From NCBI GenBank assembly GCA_964016885.1, contig OZ024762.1:16554001-16618000 (forward strand): DNA of 64,000 nucleotides. Direction: 5' to 3'. Positions 24,155 to 36,540 of the stretch are shown piece after piece. Within the stretch, counting starts at the first letter, position 1. Each line of letters opens with the position of its first letter. The position numbers were made by a program, and so were the translations under genes. This DNA is from Eledone cirrhosa. Its lineage: Eukaryota. Under the pieces are notes generated by a model. That model was not told the origin of the DNA. It searched no databases and saw nothing but the letters and a program-made list of their open reading frames with translations.

Positions 24155-24693
24155 TATATATATATATATTAACAATGAAAATAATAACAACAAAGTCAAG
24201 TCATTTTACCTATTCATATCAGTTTTACGATCGTTTCGGAGGGTTGATCATATTGACTGATCTATAGCAGTTATATAACTGTATACTATCAGACCGTCAT
24301 TTCAGACGTTAAATGATGATGATGATGATATATACAGTGGTGAACTGGCCAGGTTGTCAGGTTGCCCAATGGCAAGTGGGCATCAGGGGTCCACGATAGC
24401 ATTGCAAGAGCCCACAGTAGTATTTTAGGGGCCAATGCTTTGCTTTCAAAAAATACCTGAAATCTAAGAGAAAGAATAAAAAATTTTTTTTAAATAAATA
24501 AAACAATTAAGCAAAGGATTTCATCAACCAATTCCCCAGGGAATTACTAGAAACCGAAAATATATGATAGTGCAAATAGCTGGAATCAGTGGTTCTACAT
24601 TCTACTAAATCTAAAGCTTCGTGTATTCATTCATGCAAACATACATATATAGACACAGACACACAAGCATATATATATATATATATATATATA

Positions 24694-24975
24694 AATATAT
24701 AAGATCAAAAGATGGTTAAAAGAGTTCCATGCATTTTATTATGCGCATTTCAAAAACAAATATCATCATCATGTCTCCCTATTTTATCTGACGAAAACGC
24801 AAATGTTATTGCATGATGATATTTGTTTTTGAAATGCGCATAATAAAATACATGGAACTCTTTTAACCATCTTTTGATCTTATATATTATTTATACTCCA
24901 GTCCTACAAACTGTAGAGTGTTACTTATCCGATATCTGCATGATTTATTGTACTACAATAAAACTCACATCCTAC
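24694..24975 (+). mobile_element. Penelope-like hairpin plus tail, family L
   Basis: Arms 24694-24768 / 24813-24887; tail to (TA)n. Confidence 0.75.
24781..24849 (+). ncRNA. Hammerhead ribozyme motif
   Basis: attttat-CTGACGA-long stem II-GAAA-t-gcgc-a-TA-ataaaat; 7-bp stem I, palindromic loop 3. Confidence 0.78.
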
Positions 24976-24999
24976 ATATATATATCATATATATATATA

Positions 25000-25165
25000 T
25001 AGTAATAATAATAAATTTGAAGACTAAAATCCAAAGAGGGCTCGATAAGGATAAAAATATATCAAATATATAAGAACTGTAGAGCAAATATTTATTAAAA
25101 TAACAGATTAAAGTTTAAGCAAAGAATCGCTGCTTTCACCCTTAACGGGATCTTCTGAAACTAAC
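25000..25165 (-). mobile_element. Penelope-like tail fragment, family F
   Basis: Shared with 17962-18125, 48437-48497, 20865-20893 and 63456-63538; CAGAAGA..GAAA variant motif. Confidence 0.55.
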
Positions 25166-25289
25166 AAAGTCAATCTGTGAACGCAGAAGTGAATATTTCA
25201 AAAAACGTTGCAACCGGAGGAAGACAGGGTTAAAGACATCTGTCAAATCAATTAGTGGTGAAGGTGGTGTTTATATATGTATATATATA

Positions 25290-25817
25290 CATATAAATGT
25301 AAGTATGTATACAGACGTATACATACATGCACACATATATATATACATGTATCGGTTTACCGAACATCTATTATAATGCTCGGTTTGTTTGTAAACAAAC
25401 AAACAGCCCGAATTACGCCGTACTCGATATGCAAATTAGGCTGCTCAGCCGTTAATATGCATAAGGAAAGTATATACTTTCAGACGTTCAACCATCTGGT
25501 AGGAAGGTATATGATGCTGACGATAGCTAATAAGCTTGAAACTAGTACATCGTTCCTGTGTCAGTGTTGAACAAAAAGGTGACGTGGTTGCCTAAACACT
25601 GTACGGCGTAATTCGGGCTGTTTGTTTACAAACAAGCCGAGCCTTATAATAGATGTTCGGTAAACCGATACGTGCATATATATATGTGTGCATGTATGTA
25701 TATATATACATACTACTGTACGTCTGTATACATATATGTATGTACGTATACATACATACTTACATTTAAGTAACTGCCGTACTAAGAGTGAGAAATGAAA
25801 TTTCGTTTCATTCTATT

Positions 25818-25820
<3 letters not shown>
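25290..25820 (+). mobile_element. Penelope-like terminal element, family M
   Basis: Inverted arms ~25318-25423 / 25600-25700; hammerhead in the spacer; second copy at 42555-43172. Confidence 0.7.
25513..25551 (+). ncRNA. Minimal hammerhead ribozyme motif
   Basis: gatg-CTGACGA-tagct-aata-agctt-GAAA-ctag-TA-catc. Confidence 0.75.
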
Positions 25821-25910
<90 letters not shown>

Positions 25911-26714
25911 TGTTTCTTTATTAGCCACAGGGGCACAAAAGAAGAGGACAAATACAAAGGGGGAAGTGTACATACAATAAAAACGTGTAAAATATTATCA
26001 CAAATGCAATTTAAAAAATTAGTCTATTTTCCCCAATAGGGGGAGATAGTTCATATGGGTAACACATACCCCCCGAAAAAATGTGCAACCCTCATCTCCA
26101 GAAGTACGAAGAGTTTGTACTCCTTTCCTCTCCTCCTCCTTTTCCTCAACCTACAGGCTGATATAGAGAGAAGGCCCATTCACTCGGGCCATTCTCGCCA
26201 CTTTCACCCACCTTTCATAAAACTTGCTGGGGTACAGCACCTCTCTCTCCATCCTGATTCTTCTTCCAAAGTGGTATTTGAAAAAAAGAATAAGATAGAT
26301 AGATAGATAGATACACACACACACACACATATCGAGTGAGTATGAAAGACCAAAGGTCATTATTGAAAGTCTCTGGATTTCGCAAAATACATAATATTTT
26401 TTATTGGAGAAGGTAAGATATTTTCCTGCAAAAATGTTATTGCACTGTTTTTTTACCACTTATGTATTTTTTGAAAATGTTATTTATTCATTATAAAAAT
26501 TAAATGATAGCATTCTATATGTAGGTGGGCCCCCTTCATCTCCTGGCAACCAATATTTTTAGACCCAGTCCGCCACTGTATATATATAATGCCAATCGTT
26601 GTAAGTTTTAAAGATGTGAAACAAAACGAGGATGTAGTTTATGGAACACCCAAATGATTTAGAAGTCGACCTTAAGTAGGAGCAATAACATTAAGAAAGA
26701 CATGAACGACACCA

Positions 26715-27050
26715 CAACACTTTGTTTTGAAAATTTTGAAAGTAGGTTTATAAGTATGAATTTTCATAAGATTTTTGTAGTCGTCTCTGTGGCCTAGTGG
26801 TAGGTACTAGAGATGGTGGAGATCCTGGTCTTGGGTTCAATCCTGGATGAGAGGTACATGTAACCTTTTTCAGTTTTTATTTTACAACTCAGAAAAAAAC
26901 TGAAAAAGTTTACCCAGGATTGAACTTCAGACCAGGATCACCACCGTCTATGATTCTTCCAACTAGGCCACCGAGACAACTACAAAAGTATAATGAAAAT
27001 TGATGACTATAAACCTACTTTCAAAATCAAAGTTAAAAAGATGCGGTGTA
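26715..27050. mobile_element. Foldback element whose arms contain tRNA-like A/B boxes
   Basis: TTTTGAAAGTAGGTTTATA/TATAAACCTACTTTCAAAA arms; GTGGCCTAGTGG...GGTTCAATCC and its inverse. Confidence 0.6.
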
Positions 27051-27519
27051 TATCATCATCATCATTTTACGTCCGCTTTTTCCCTGCTTGCAAGGGTGGG
27101 ACGGGAACTGATTCCAGCTTGATTTCTACAGCCGGATGCCCTTCCTAACACCAACCTCATTTACAGTGAGTGCTGGGTGCTTTTTTGCCGTGGCACCTCC
27201 ACGACCACTTTGCAGTGGAATGATATGGACTGGGTGATGCGTTGTGTCCTTCAGCAGGACACTTTATTTCACGTTGCTCCAGTTTACTCAGCTGTAGAAA
27301 TGAGTTGCGACGTCACTGGTGCCAAGCTTTCCCTTGGACAACATCGGTGACGTGGAGAGGGGGGGGGCTGGTATGCATGGGCAACTGCTGGTCTTCCATA
27401 AAACAAACCTTGCCTAGGCTTGTACCTTGGAGGGAAACTTTCTAGGTGCAAATCCCATGGTCATTCTTGACCGAAGGGGGCCAAAGATATATTATACATA
27501 CATCTGTCGCCAGCACAAC

Positions 27520-28390
27520 CCCCCCTCAATTGCTAATTAAGTCACCTAGATAGCAGAAGCTATCAACTACTTCTGTGATCCTGCATATGACTAGAAAGGT
27601 TTATATCATTGGCAATCTTCCTCTCGATTACTCCTGTACATCTTCTACCTGCAAAGTTCTGCCTTCCTGTTAGTCTATTCGTTATCCCAATACAACTTTT
27701 GTGTATCCAACATTTACATTGTGTACATTGTGTACATTCTATGGAGTTTATGCCTACTCCTTTCCAACATATTGAGCATGGTCACTTCCCTGAGGGAATC
27801 TAAGTCTTATCTTCTTTCCTACTCACTAGCACTTTAGTTTTGGCTAAGTTTACTCTCAGACCATTTGATTCCAAATTCATTTTCAATGACCGGAATTTAT
27901 TTTCTAGTTCTTTTTTGGGGGTTTCAGCTGTAAGGACCGAATCATCTGCATAGAGAAGTTCCCATGGACAACCTATTTTAAACTCATCTGTTATGGCCTG
28001 GAGAACTATGATGAACAGCAGTGGGCTAAGAACTGAACCTTGATGAACCTGTACCTTGAATTCCTCACTAAACTCACTTCCAGCTCTCACTTTACTGACA
28101 ATTCCTCTGTACATAGGTTATAACTTGCACTGCTCTCACTAACCATTCTTCTACACCTAATTTCTTTAAGGACCACCTGATTATATATCAGGGTACTCTG
28201 TCAAAGACCTTCTCTAGATCAACCAAAGCTAAATATAGAGGTTTATTTTTGGCTAGGAACTTCTCTTGTAGTTGCTTCACTAAGAAGAGGGCATCTGTAG
28301 TACCTTTCCCAGGCATGAAACCAAACTGCAGCTCATCTATTTTGACTTTTTTCTTAATTAGCTGCACTATAGTTCTTTCTGTCATTTCAT
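27520..28390 (-). mobile_element. Decayed RTE LINE, RT region
   Basis: QFGFMPGKGTTDALF...DLEKVFDRVP, HQGSVLSPLLF, LYADD; frameshifted. Confidence 0.9.
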
Positions 28391-28399
28391 ACCTTGGTC

Positions 28400-29400
28400 C
28401 ATATATATATACATCTCTCTCTCTCTCTCATTTATATATACATCTCTCTCTCTCTCATTTATATATACATCTCTCTCTCTTTCATTTATATATACATCTC
28501 TCCCTCTCTCTCATTTATATATACATCTCTCTCTCTCTCTCTCATTTATATATACATCTCTCTCTCTCTCTCATTTATATATACATCTCTCTCTCTCTCT
28601 CATTTATATTTACATCTCTCTCTCTCTCATTTATATATACATCTCTCTCTCTCATATATATACATCTCTCTCTCTCTCTCTCTCTCTCACTTTCATATAT
28701 ATATATATATACATCTCTCTCTCTCTTATATATATACATATCTCTCTCTCAAATATACAACTCTCTCTCTCTCTCTCCTATCTCTCTCATATATCTCTGC
28801 CTGTTTCTTTCACTCTCTCATATCTCTGTCTCCCTCTTCCTCTCATCTCTCTCCCCTTCCTTCATATATCCATGTAAAGACATTTACTCCTTCTTTTACA
28901 TGTCAATGTCTTTCTTTTCCTCTCTCTCATATATCCACCTCTCTCTATCTCCCTCTATTACATACACTCTCTCTCTATCACTCACTTTCTCTCTCTATCA
29001 CTCTCTATCATTCTCTCTCTCTATCACTCTCTCTCTGTCTCTATCATTCTCTCTCTCTCACTATCACTCTCTATCATTCTCTCTCTCTCTCTCACTATCA
29101 CACTATCTCTATCACACACACTCTCTCTCTCTCTCTAGCACACACTCACTCTCTCTCTATCATACACACTCACTCACTCTCTCTCTCACTATCACACACA
29201 CTCACTCTCTCTATCACACACACTCACTCTCTATCACACTCTCTCTATCATACACACTCACTCACTCACTCTCTCTCACTATCACTATCACACACACACA
29301 CACTCACTCTCTCTCTCTCTATCATACACACTCAGTCACTCTCTCTATCACACTCACTCACTCTCTCTATCACACACACACTCTCTCTATCTCTATTACG
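28400..29400. repeat. Compound (CT)/(TA)/(CA) low-complexity tract
   Basis: Directly visible. Confidence 0.95.
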
Positions 29401-29539
29401 TTATCTATCTCTCTACCTCTTTCTTCACTTTCCTATTTACAGTTGGACATTTTTTATCTAGTTTTGCCGTTGTGTTACCAAGGCAACAGAAACATACCAT
29501 TAATGGTTCAATAATGGATCTAAAAGTAATGGGAAATGG

Positions 29540-29780
29540 CGCCTCGCCTAATAGAGGGTGCTTGGCTGTTCCAGCACCTCAGCCTCGCCTAATAGAGGTA
29601 ACTGGCGAATCTGGCGAGGCGCTTGGCTGTTCCAGCACCTCAGCCTCGCCTAATAAAGGTAACGCTTGCCTCAAAAATCATTAGAGAGGTTGCCCAGTTG
29701 TTGTCTTTTGCTCTGGTGTTGGCTCCGTTGTTCACCCCTTCCTTTACATTTTCTTTGTAACATTAAAAGAATATAACTTT
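29540..29780 (+). mobile_element. CRE-like 3' fragment with internal duplications
   Basis: Homologous to 19670-19870 (RLIEVTGES...GNA). Confidence 0.65.
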
Positions 29781-30233
29781 CTGAAATATAAATATTTTCA
29801 TGAGAAATGTTTTATTGTAAAAAAAAAATGCAAGATATCATCTTTTTTTCACGAAAACTTCCATTTCTGACGACATAGAACGCAGTTTGGCACCAAAATG
29901 GTGGTAAAAGGAGACAGACTATGTCTAAGGTGAAGAGAGAAAGAGAGAGAGGGGGTGTATGAAGAGACAGGGAGAGAAAGACATAATGACGGAAAAGATA
30001 GATAGATAGACTGATAGATCGATGGAAATACAATTGATTTCAAGGTGAGATTCGATAAAAATAGCACAAAAAAGTTTATTTCTATATTTAGCTGTCGTTA
30101 TTTTTAACTTACAAGTAGACTTTGCCTTTCATCCTTACGGGGTCGATAAAATAAAGTACCAGTAATGCACTGGGTTATTGCTGGCCTTGTGCCTAAAGTA
30201 GAAACAGTTATTTTTAACTTATAAACCCTTTAA

Positions 30234-30278
<45 letters not shown>

Positions 30279-30356
30279 TCTTTCCCCTCTGACGTTCTGT
30301 GCCTCTCTCTTTCACACACACCGATATGTCAATATAAACACATACAGAGAGATAGG

Positions 30357-30396
<40 letters not shown>

Positions 30397-30467
30397 TAAA
30401 TTTCTATTTATTTGCCACGAGGGCACAAAAGAAGGGGACATTTACACAGTGTCCCCTTCTTAGATAG

Positions 30468-30520
<53 letters not shown>

Positions 30521-30589
30521 GGGTAGATAGGTTAATATATATATATATATACATACATATAGAGAGGTAAGTTAACACATACACCAAAA

Positions 30590-30970
30590 CACACATACAC
30601 ATACACTCACACATACGTCAACACACTCACATACACATATACGTCAGCACACACACACACTCATACATACACATACGTCAACACACTCACATACACACAA
30701 ACGTCAACACACTCACATACACATATACGTCAACACACACACAGACTCATACATACACATACATACGTCAACACACACACACTCATATATACGTCAGCAC
30801 ACTCACATACACATATACGTCAGCACACACACACTCATACATACACATACGTCAACACACACACACACATATATACGCCAGCACACTCACATACATATAT
30901 ACGTCAGCACACACACACACTCATACATACACATACGCCAGCACACACACACACACACACACACATACAT
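30590..30970. repeat. CA-rich minisatellite with ACGTCA cores
   Basis: Repeating CATACGTCA(A/G)CACACTCACATA. Confidence 0.85.
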
Positions 30971-31137
30971 ATATAGAGGTATGACACGAACTTTCTAAAC
31001 ATTTTTTACACCTTGGTAACTGTCAAAACAATAAAAAGGAGGATATTTCGAGCGCAGAGAAATTGGTGAAATTCTTCGTTAAATCAATCTACAACCTTTT
31101 TATATATATATCTATATATCTATATATCTATCATCTT

Positions 31138-31171
<34 letters not shown>

Positions 31172-31243
31172 CGAGAATCGCATTTTCGGCGGGCAGGAAA
31201 AGCGAAGCGAAACGCAAAAATCAGAAATATATATATATATAAC

Positions 31244-31305
<62 letters not shown>

Positions 31306-32206
31306 TATATAGATATATATATACATACATACATACATATACATAAATCTCCATACAGATAGATATACATATATACATATATACATACATACACAAATAT
31401 ATATATAGATACATATACATACACATACACATACATACATAAATATACATACATACATACATATAATATACATATATAATATATATATATATATATATGA
31501 AAGTAGAGAAATTAATGTGAGCAAGAAGCCAATATATAAATATATAAATATATATATATATATAGATATATAGATATATATATATCAAAGAAAATATATT
31601 GAAAAAACAAATAATTGTTTCTACTTTTGGCACAAGGCCATCAATTACCCAGTGCATTACTGGTACTTTGAAAAACCAAATAATAAGAGGAAAAAGATAA
31701 AACTACGAACAAAAGGAAGAAGACAAAAAAAACCAAAAACGAAATCAAATTCCATTTGTTACTCTTTTACTCTTTTAGCTGTTCCAGTCGACTGGTTTAG
31801 GCCATGCTGGAGCACCGCCATTAAATGATTGTACCAACCTTCGAACACCGAAGACCTGACTGAGCTAGTTCTGTTGTTGTTGTTGTTGTGGTGGTGGTTG
31901 TCAACCTTTCGAAAATCACCGCCGCCACCTCTCTCCTCTCACTTATATCGTAGATTACTTATCGTTGTTGTTGCTGTTGTTGTTGTTAGTGGCTGGTAGT
32001 TCAAACTTTTTTTTTATACTGCAGCACCACACCCCCATCTCGCCCTCGCCAATACCTTTTCTTCTACCCCCTCCCCCCCGCCAAAACTTTCAGCGTTAAT
32101 GTTACGACCCCCCTAGCCCCACCACACACATCGGTATCATCATCATCATATACATAATTAAATCAACAACTCCAAGACAAAGAACGTTTCTCCCAAACCA
32201 TCCACC

Positions 32207-32285
32207 ATGGACATGAGCAGAATTGGTCTGTTTTCCGAGATGGGTTATATTTCAATTGGAGACACATATAAGGATCCTTTACCTG
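32207..32285 (+). CDS. CFAP96: CFAP96 (C4orf47 / UPF0602) exon 1 (MDMSRIGLFSEMGYISIGDTYKDPLP)
   Basis: Kozak CCACCATGG; DMxRIGLFSEMxYIxxGD matches the C4orf47 N-terminus; GTGAGT donor, phase 1. Confidence 0.9.
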
Positions 32286-32371
32286 GTGAGTAAGTTTTAT
32301 CTCTCTCCCCCTCTCTCTCTATATATATTTTTTTTTTTAACAGTTATATTGATGCCATGTATTACAGTTTG

Positions 32372-32855
32372 GGCTGGGTGGTTTTTTGCCGTGGCACCTC
32401 CACCACTTTGCAGTGGAATGATAGGGACCCCAGTCCTATCATCTCATTTCTACAGCAGAGTAAACTGGACCAATGTGAAATAGTGTCTTGCTCAAGGAAA
32501 CAACACATCACCCGGTCCAGGAATTGAACTTACAACCTTTTGATTGCAAGCCCAATGCTCTAACCACTAAGCCATGCGCCTTCATATATATATATATATA
32601 AAGGCGCCTTCATATATATATATATATATATATGAAGGCGCATGGCTTAGTGGTTAGAGCATTGGGCTTGCAATCGAAAGGTTGTAAGTTCAATTCTCGG
32701 ACCGGGTGATGTGTTGTTTCCTTGAGCAAGAGACTTTATTTGACATTGCTCCAGTTTACTCAGCTGTAGAAATGAGATGATAGGACTGGGGTCCCTATCA
32801 TTCCACTGCAAAGTGGTCGTGGAGGTGCCACGGCAAAAGAAAAAGCACCCAGCCC
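32372..32855. repeat. Head-to-head inverted pair of family 1 SINEs about a (TA)n/GGCGCC centre
   Basis: 32372-32584 is the reverse complement of 32634-32855. Confidence 0.88.
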
Positions 32856-33229
32856 AGTCTAATTGCAATTTTGAAGAACAGTTAGATAAAATAAAATATA
32901 CCCAATTTTTCTTCTCCCTAGTCCGTAGAAATCAACTAGACAAATAATCAATTAAACAGAGCTAAGTCTAAAATGTAAGTTTGAAGAAAAAATGCATATA
33001 AACTTTACCAAAATTCTTCTGGTCCCGACTATCAATAGTTTCTCTCGTACTTTGTGGATATGTCCAATCCTGGTATCATCCATGAGGTTTCGAGCTAATC
33101 AAGAGACTCCCTCAAGTTTGGACTAAAATTTCCAGTGATCGCCGCCAGAAATGGATTCAAAATGAGTAGGAATCATCACGTGGCCAGCGGTCAAAGTAGA
33201 AGGTTGTGAATGGAAGGTCAGATGACAGT

Positions 33230-33264
<35 letters not shown>

Positions 33265-33854
33265 TTTACGTCCGCTCTTCCCTGCTTGCAAGGGTGGGAC
33301 AGTATATATATATATATCATCATCATCATCATCATCATCATCAACGTTTAACGTCCGTGTTCCACGCTCGCATGGGTTTGGACGGGGGTTTTCCCACTTG
33401 AGGCAAGAGTGTTTGTCTTGCTCGCATAGGACTGTCTGGCAGGTTTTCTACAGCTGGATGCCCTTCCTAACACCAACCACATTTACAGTGTGGGGCTGGG
33501 AGGTTTTTACCGTGTTGCCTACACGACCACATTACAGCGTGGACTGTGTCTACACGATCTCATTTGTTTCGGCCTGGATGTTGTGGCACCAACATAACTT
33601 TACATTGAAGGGGCGGTGTGGATGGGGTGGGGGGGTGGGGGTGAGGTGTATTTTGTTAGAGATGCCTACTGGCTGTAGTAGGTTTTACTTTGTATTTAGG
33701 TAAGGCGGGTCTTCTCTATTACTGAGTACCGCCAAAGGTCTCGGTCCAGTGACATTGTCTTGGAGAGGTGTAAGTGTGTGAGGTCAGAATTTAATATATA
33801 TATATAGTATATTTTAGTATCGTGAGAGAGTAGAGGTTTAAAGGGTTAAGCGAT

Positions 33855-34242
33855 ACATATAGTTAATTGCCAAAAGCTGGTGCATTTGTGCTCAATACTT
33901 GTGCCTACAGGGTTAAATATCGGAAGCGTTTATATTTAGCGGGCGAGAATATAAGCAGAGCGGTTATAAATGAAAGGATTACAAAGGAGAATATATACTG
34001 TTAGAACATGTTTATACAATAGCACCTACGTACGTTTTGCCTGAAAAGGGCTTCTCAAGGGCATACAAATTTATAGAGTGTTCGGTACGGGATCCAGGTG
34101 GGGTTTTAAGGTGATCATCACATCAAAGTTCATTCTTAGTTCAAACAGGCATGCTGTTAAAAACCCGTACCGAACACTCTATAGATTTGTATAAACATGT
34201 TCTAACAGTATATATTCTCCTTTGTAATCCTTTCATTTATAT
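33855..34242 (-). mobile_element. Penelope-like hairpin plus tail, family O
   Basis: Arms 33965-34019 / 34188-34242 and 34066-34091 / 34164-34189; tail at left carries the bulged stem-loop. Confidence 0.6.
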
Positions 34243-34469
34243 ATATATATCATCATAAATATATATATATATATATATGTAGATAAATCTACCAAGAGTT
34301 TACGGTAGTGTCCAATCCGTATGAAGAACTCAATGTATTCCGGATATCATGGAAAGAAGAGATGTAATGAAAAACGACTTTCGGTGAAAGATAAACGGTA
34401 TACAGAGTCAAGATAAAATATTAAACAAATAATGAATAAACAATTCCTTATATTAAACAAAAAAAGTTC

Positions 34470-34618
34470 ATTATTTAACGATCGTTTCTAGGACATATAT
34501 GTGTTAGAATTGGCATGCATATTCAACAGATCTATGTACAAAATTATACAAAATTATACAAATTATCAAGATTAAATATACATACCAAACACATATATAC
34601 GCCGTCTTCAGAAATAAT
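34470..34618 (-). ncRNA. Hammerhead motif with >100-nt stem II insertion
   Basis: Minus strand attattt-CTGAAGA-...-GAAAC-gatc-GTT-aaataat; 7-bp stem I; tail at 34278-34460. Confidence 0.65.
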
Positions 34619-34917
34619 CATATATATATATATTTAACTTTCACACACACACACACTCTCTCACACATACATTCTCTTACACATACACTCTTTCTCTCAC
34701 ACACACATTCTCTCTCTCTCTCTTTCTATCTAACACGGATGCACTTTTACACGTTTCTCGCTATCATCATCCTCATCATCATACGACCGCTTTGCCCTGC
34801 TTGTAAGGGTGGGACGGGTCCTCTTCAGCACAGTATCTCTCCACTTGGCAGAGTCCTTCATCATCTGCTCTGTGAGCTTCAGCAATCTGAGGTCAGCTCT
34901 CACTATCTTTGCTTATG

Positions 34918-34971
<54 letters not shown>

Positions 34972-35101
34972 TTGTGTGTGCGTATGTGTATGTAGCTCGC
35001 TTGGTGAGGAGGGTGATTTTGGACACCCTACAGGACGATAAACAAAACCTGACAAAGGGTAGGAGAACTCATGAGAATCAACAGCCATCCAAAAGTGTGT
35101 A

Positions 35102-35890
35102 CGAGGGTAAGTCAAAAAGATGCCAGATTAACACTTTATTTTAAAAAAAGGACTTTATTTACACAAGTTTAAACACCATCTCTTTCAAAACAGTCCCCTT
35201 GTGCAGCTATACAGCAATCCCAGCGTTTCTGCTACCCCTGGAGTGAAACCTCGAAGTCATCTTTTGTAAACTTGTTAAGGAGATTCTGCGATTCATGCTG
35301 GATCTCAGCAATGGTGTTAAAATGGCAACATTTGAGCTTGATTTTCATCTTCGAGAAAAGGAAGAAGTCTGCAAGAGCTAAATCTGGCAAGTAGGGTGGG
35401 TGTGGAAGTGATCAGGTCCGTGAGCAAGTCTGAAATTACATCATAGACATCATTTTAGAACAAAGAGTCAATGTGAAATTTTGAATTAAACTTGGAACAT
35501 CAGCCACAGGGACATTGAACGTGCTTCAGCAAGCTTACAGCCATGAGGCAATGGGTCTTTCACAATATTTCGAGTGGCACCAGCACTTCCAAAGCAGAAG
35601 AACATCCCTGGAAGACAGCGAGTGATCTGGAAGACCTTTGACGAACATCTATCCCAGAAATGTGGAAAATCTTTGCCAACTTGTGCATGAGGATCATCAA
35701 AGGATGATCAACAACTTTGCTAACATTGTTGATATGTGATATGGATCAGTACAGGCAAACATGTGGCATGTCGCTGCCAAGATTGTCCTCCATCTGTTGA
35801 CACAGGGCCAGAAGGAAAATTGTGCCAAAGTTTGCCAAGAATTCAAACGGAGTGGAACTGATGGGCCATCATTAATTCAAGGATCATCAC
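35102..35890 (+). mobile_element. Decayed mariner transposon, 5' part
   Basis: TA-CGAGGG terminus; remnants EQRVNVKF*IKLG, FEWH, SLEDSE*SGRP of the mariner HTH region with stops. Confidence 0.75.
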
Positions 35891-36089
35891 TCCTTGCGGA
35901 GTTCAATACAGGCTTATATATGAGACTTCCATTAGTGAATGGCCTTGTTAGCATTTATGCTCCTACTATGTCTGCATCCCAAAAAGAGAAGATTTCCTTA
36001 TATATCTCTCTGAAAGAAACTGTTCAAAAGGTTTAGCTCTTAACTGCTGTACCCCCCATCCAGCCACTTCTGTCCACAATACCCTTATA

Positions 36090-36540
36090 CTGTAAAGTTA
36101 TGTTGGTGTCACAGCAACAAGTACCCAGTCCACACTGTAAAGCGGTTATGTTGGTGTCACAGCAACAAGTACCCAGTCCACACTGTAAAGCAGTTATGTT
36201 GGTGTCATAGCAACAAGTACCCAGTCCACACTGTAAGGTGGTTATGTTGGTGTCATAGCAACAAGTACCCAGTCCACACTGTAAAGCAGTTATGTTGGTG
36301 TCATAGCAACAAGTACCCAGTCCACACTGTAAGGTGGTTATGTTGGTGTCATAGCAACAAGTACCCAGTCCACACTGTAAACTGGTTATGTTGGTGTCAT
36401 AGCAACGAGAACCCAGTCCACACTGTAAAGTGGTTATGTTGGTGTCATAGCAACAAGTACCCAGTCCACACTGTAAAGTGGTTATGTTGGTGTCATAGCA
36501 ACAAGTACCCAGTCCACACTGTAAGGAGGTTATGTAGGCA
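36090..36540. repeat. ~51-bp tandem array inside a family 3 SINE (GTTATGTTGGTGTCATAGCAACAAGTACCCAGTCCACACTGTAAAG)
   Basis: Tandem units visible. Confidence 0.9.

Larger units (their letters stand above)
24335..26578. mobile_element. Putative hAT-type non-autonomous element with nested insertions
   Basis: Left CAGTGGTGAACTGG versus right CCAGTCCGCCACTG (12/14 match), both abutting TA runs. Confidence 0.55.

Noticed and set aside
28249-29514. 421-aa and 355-aa Ser/Leu/His ORFs
   Set aside because: Translations of CT/CA microsatellite
29897-29910. Possible short first exon (AAAATGGTG|GTAAAA)
   Set aside because: No downstream exon or homology could be linked to it
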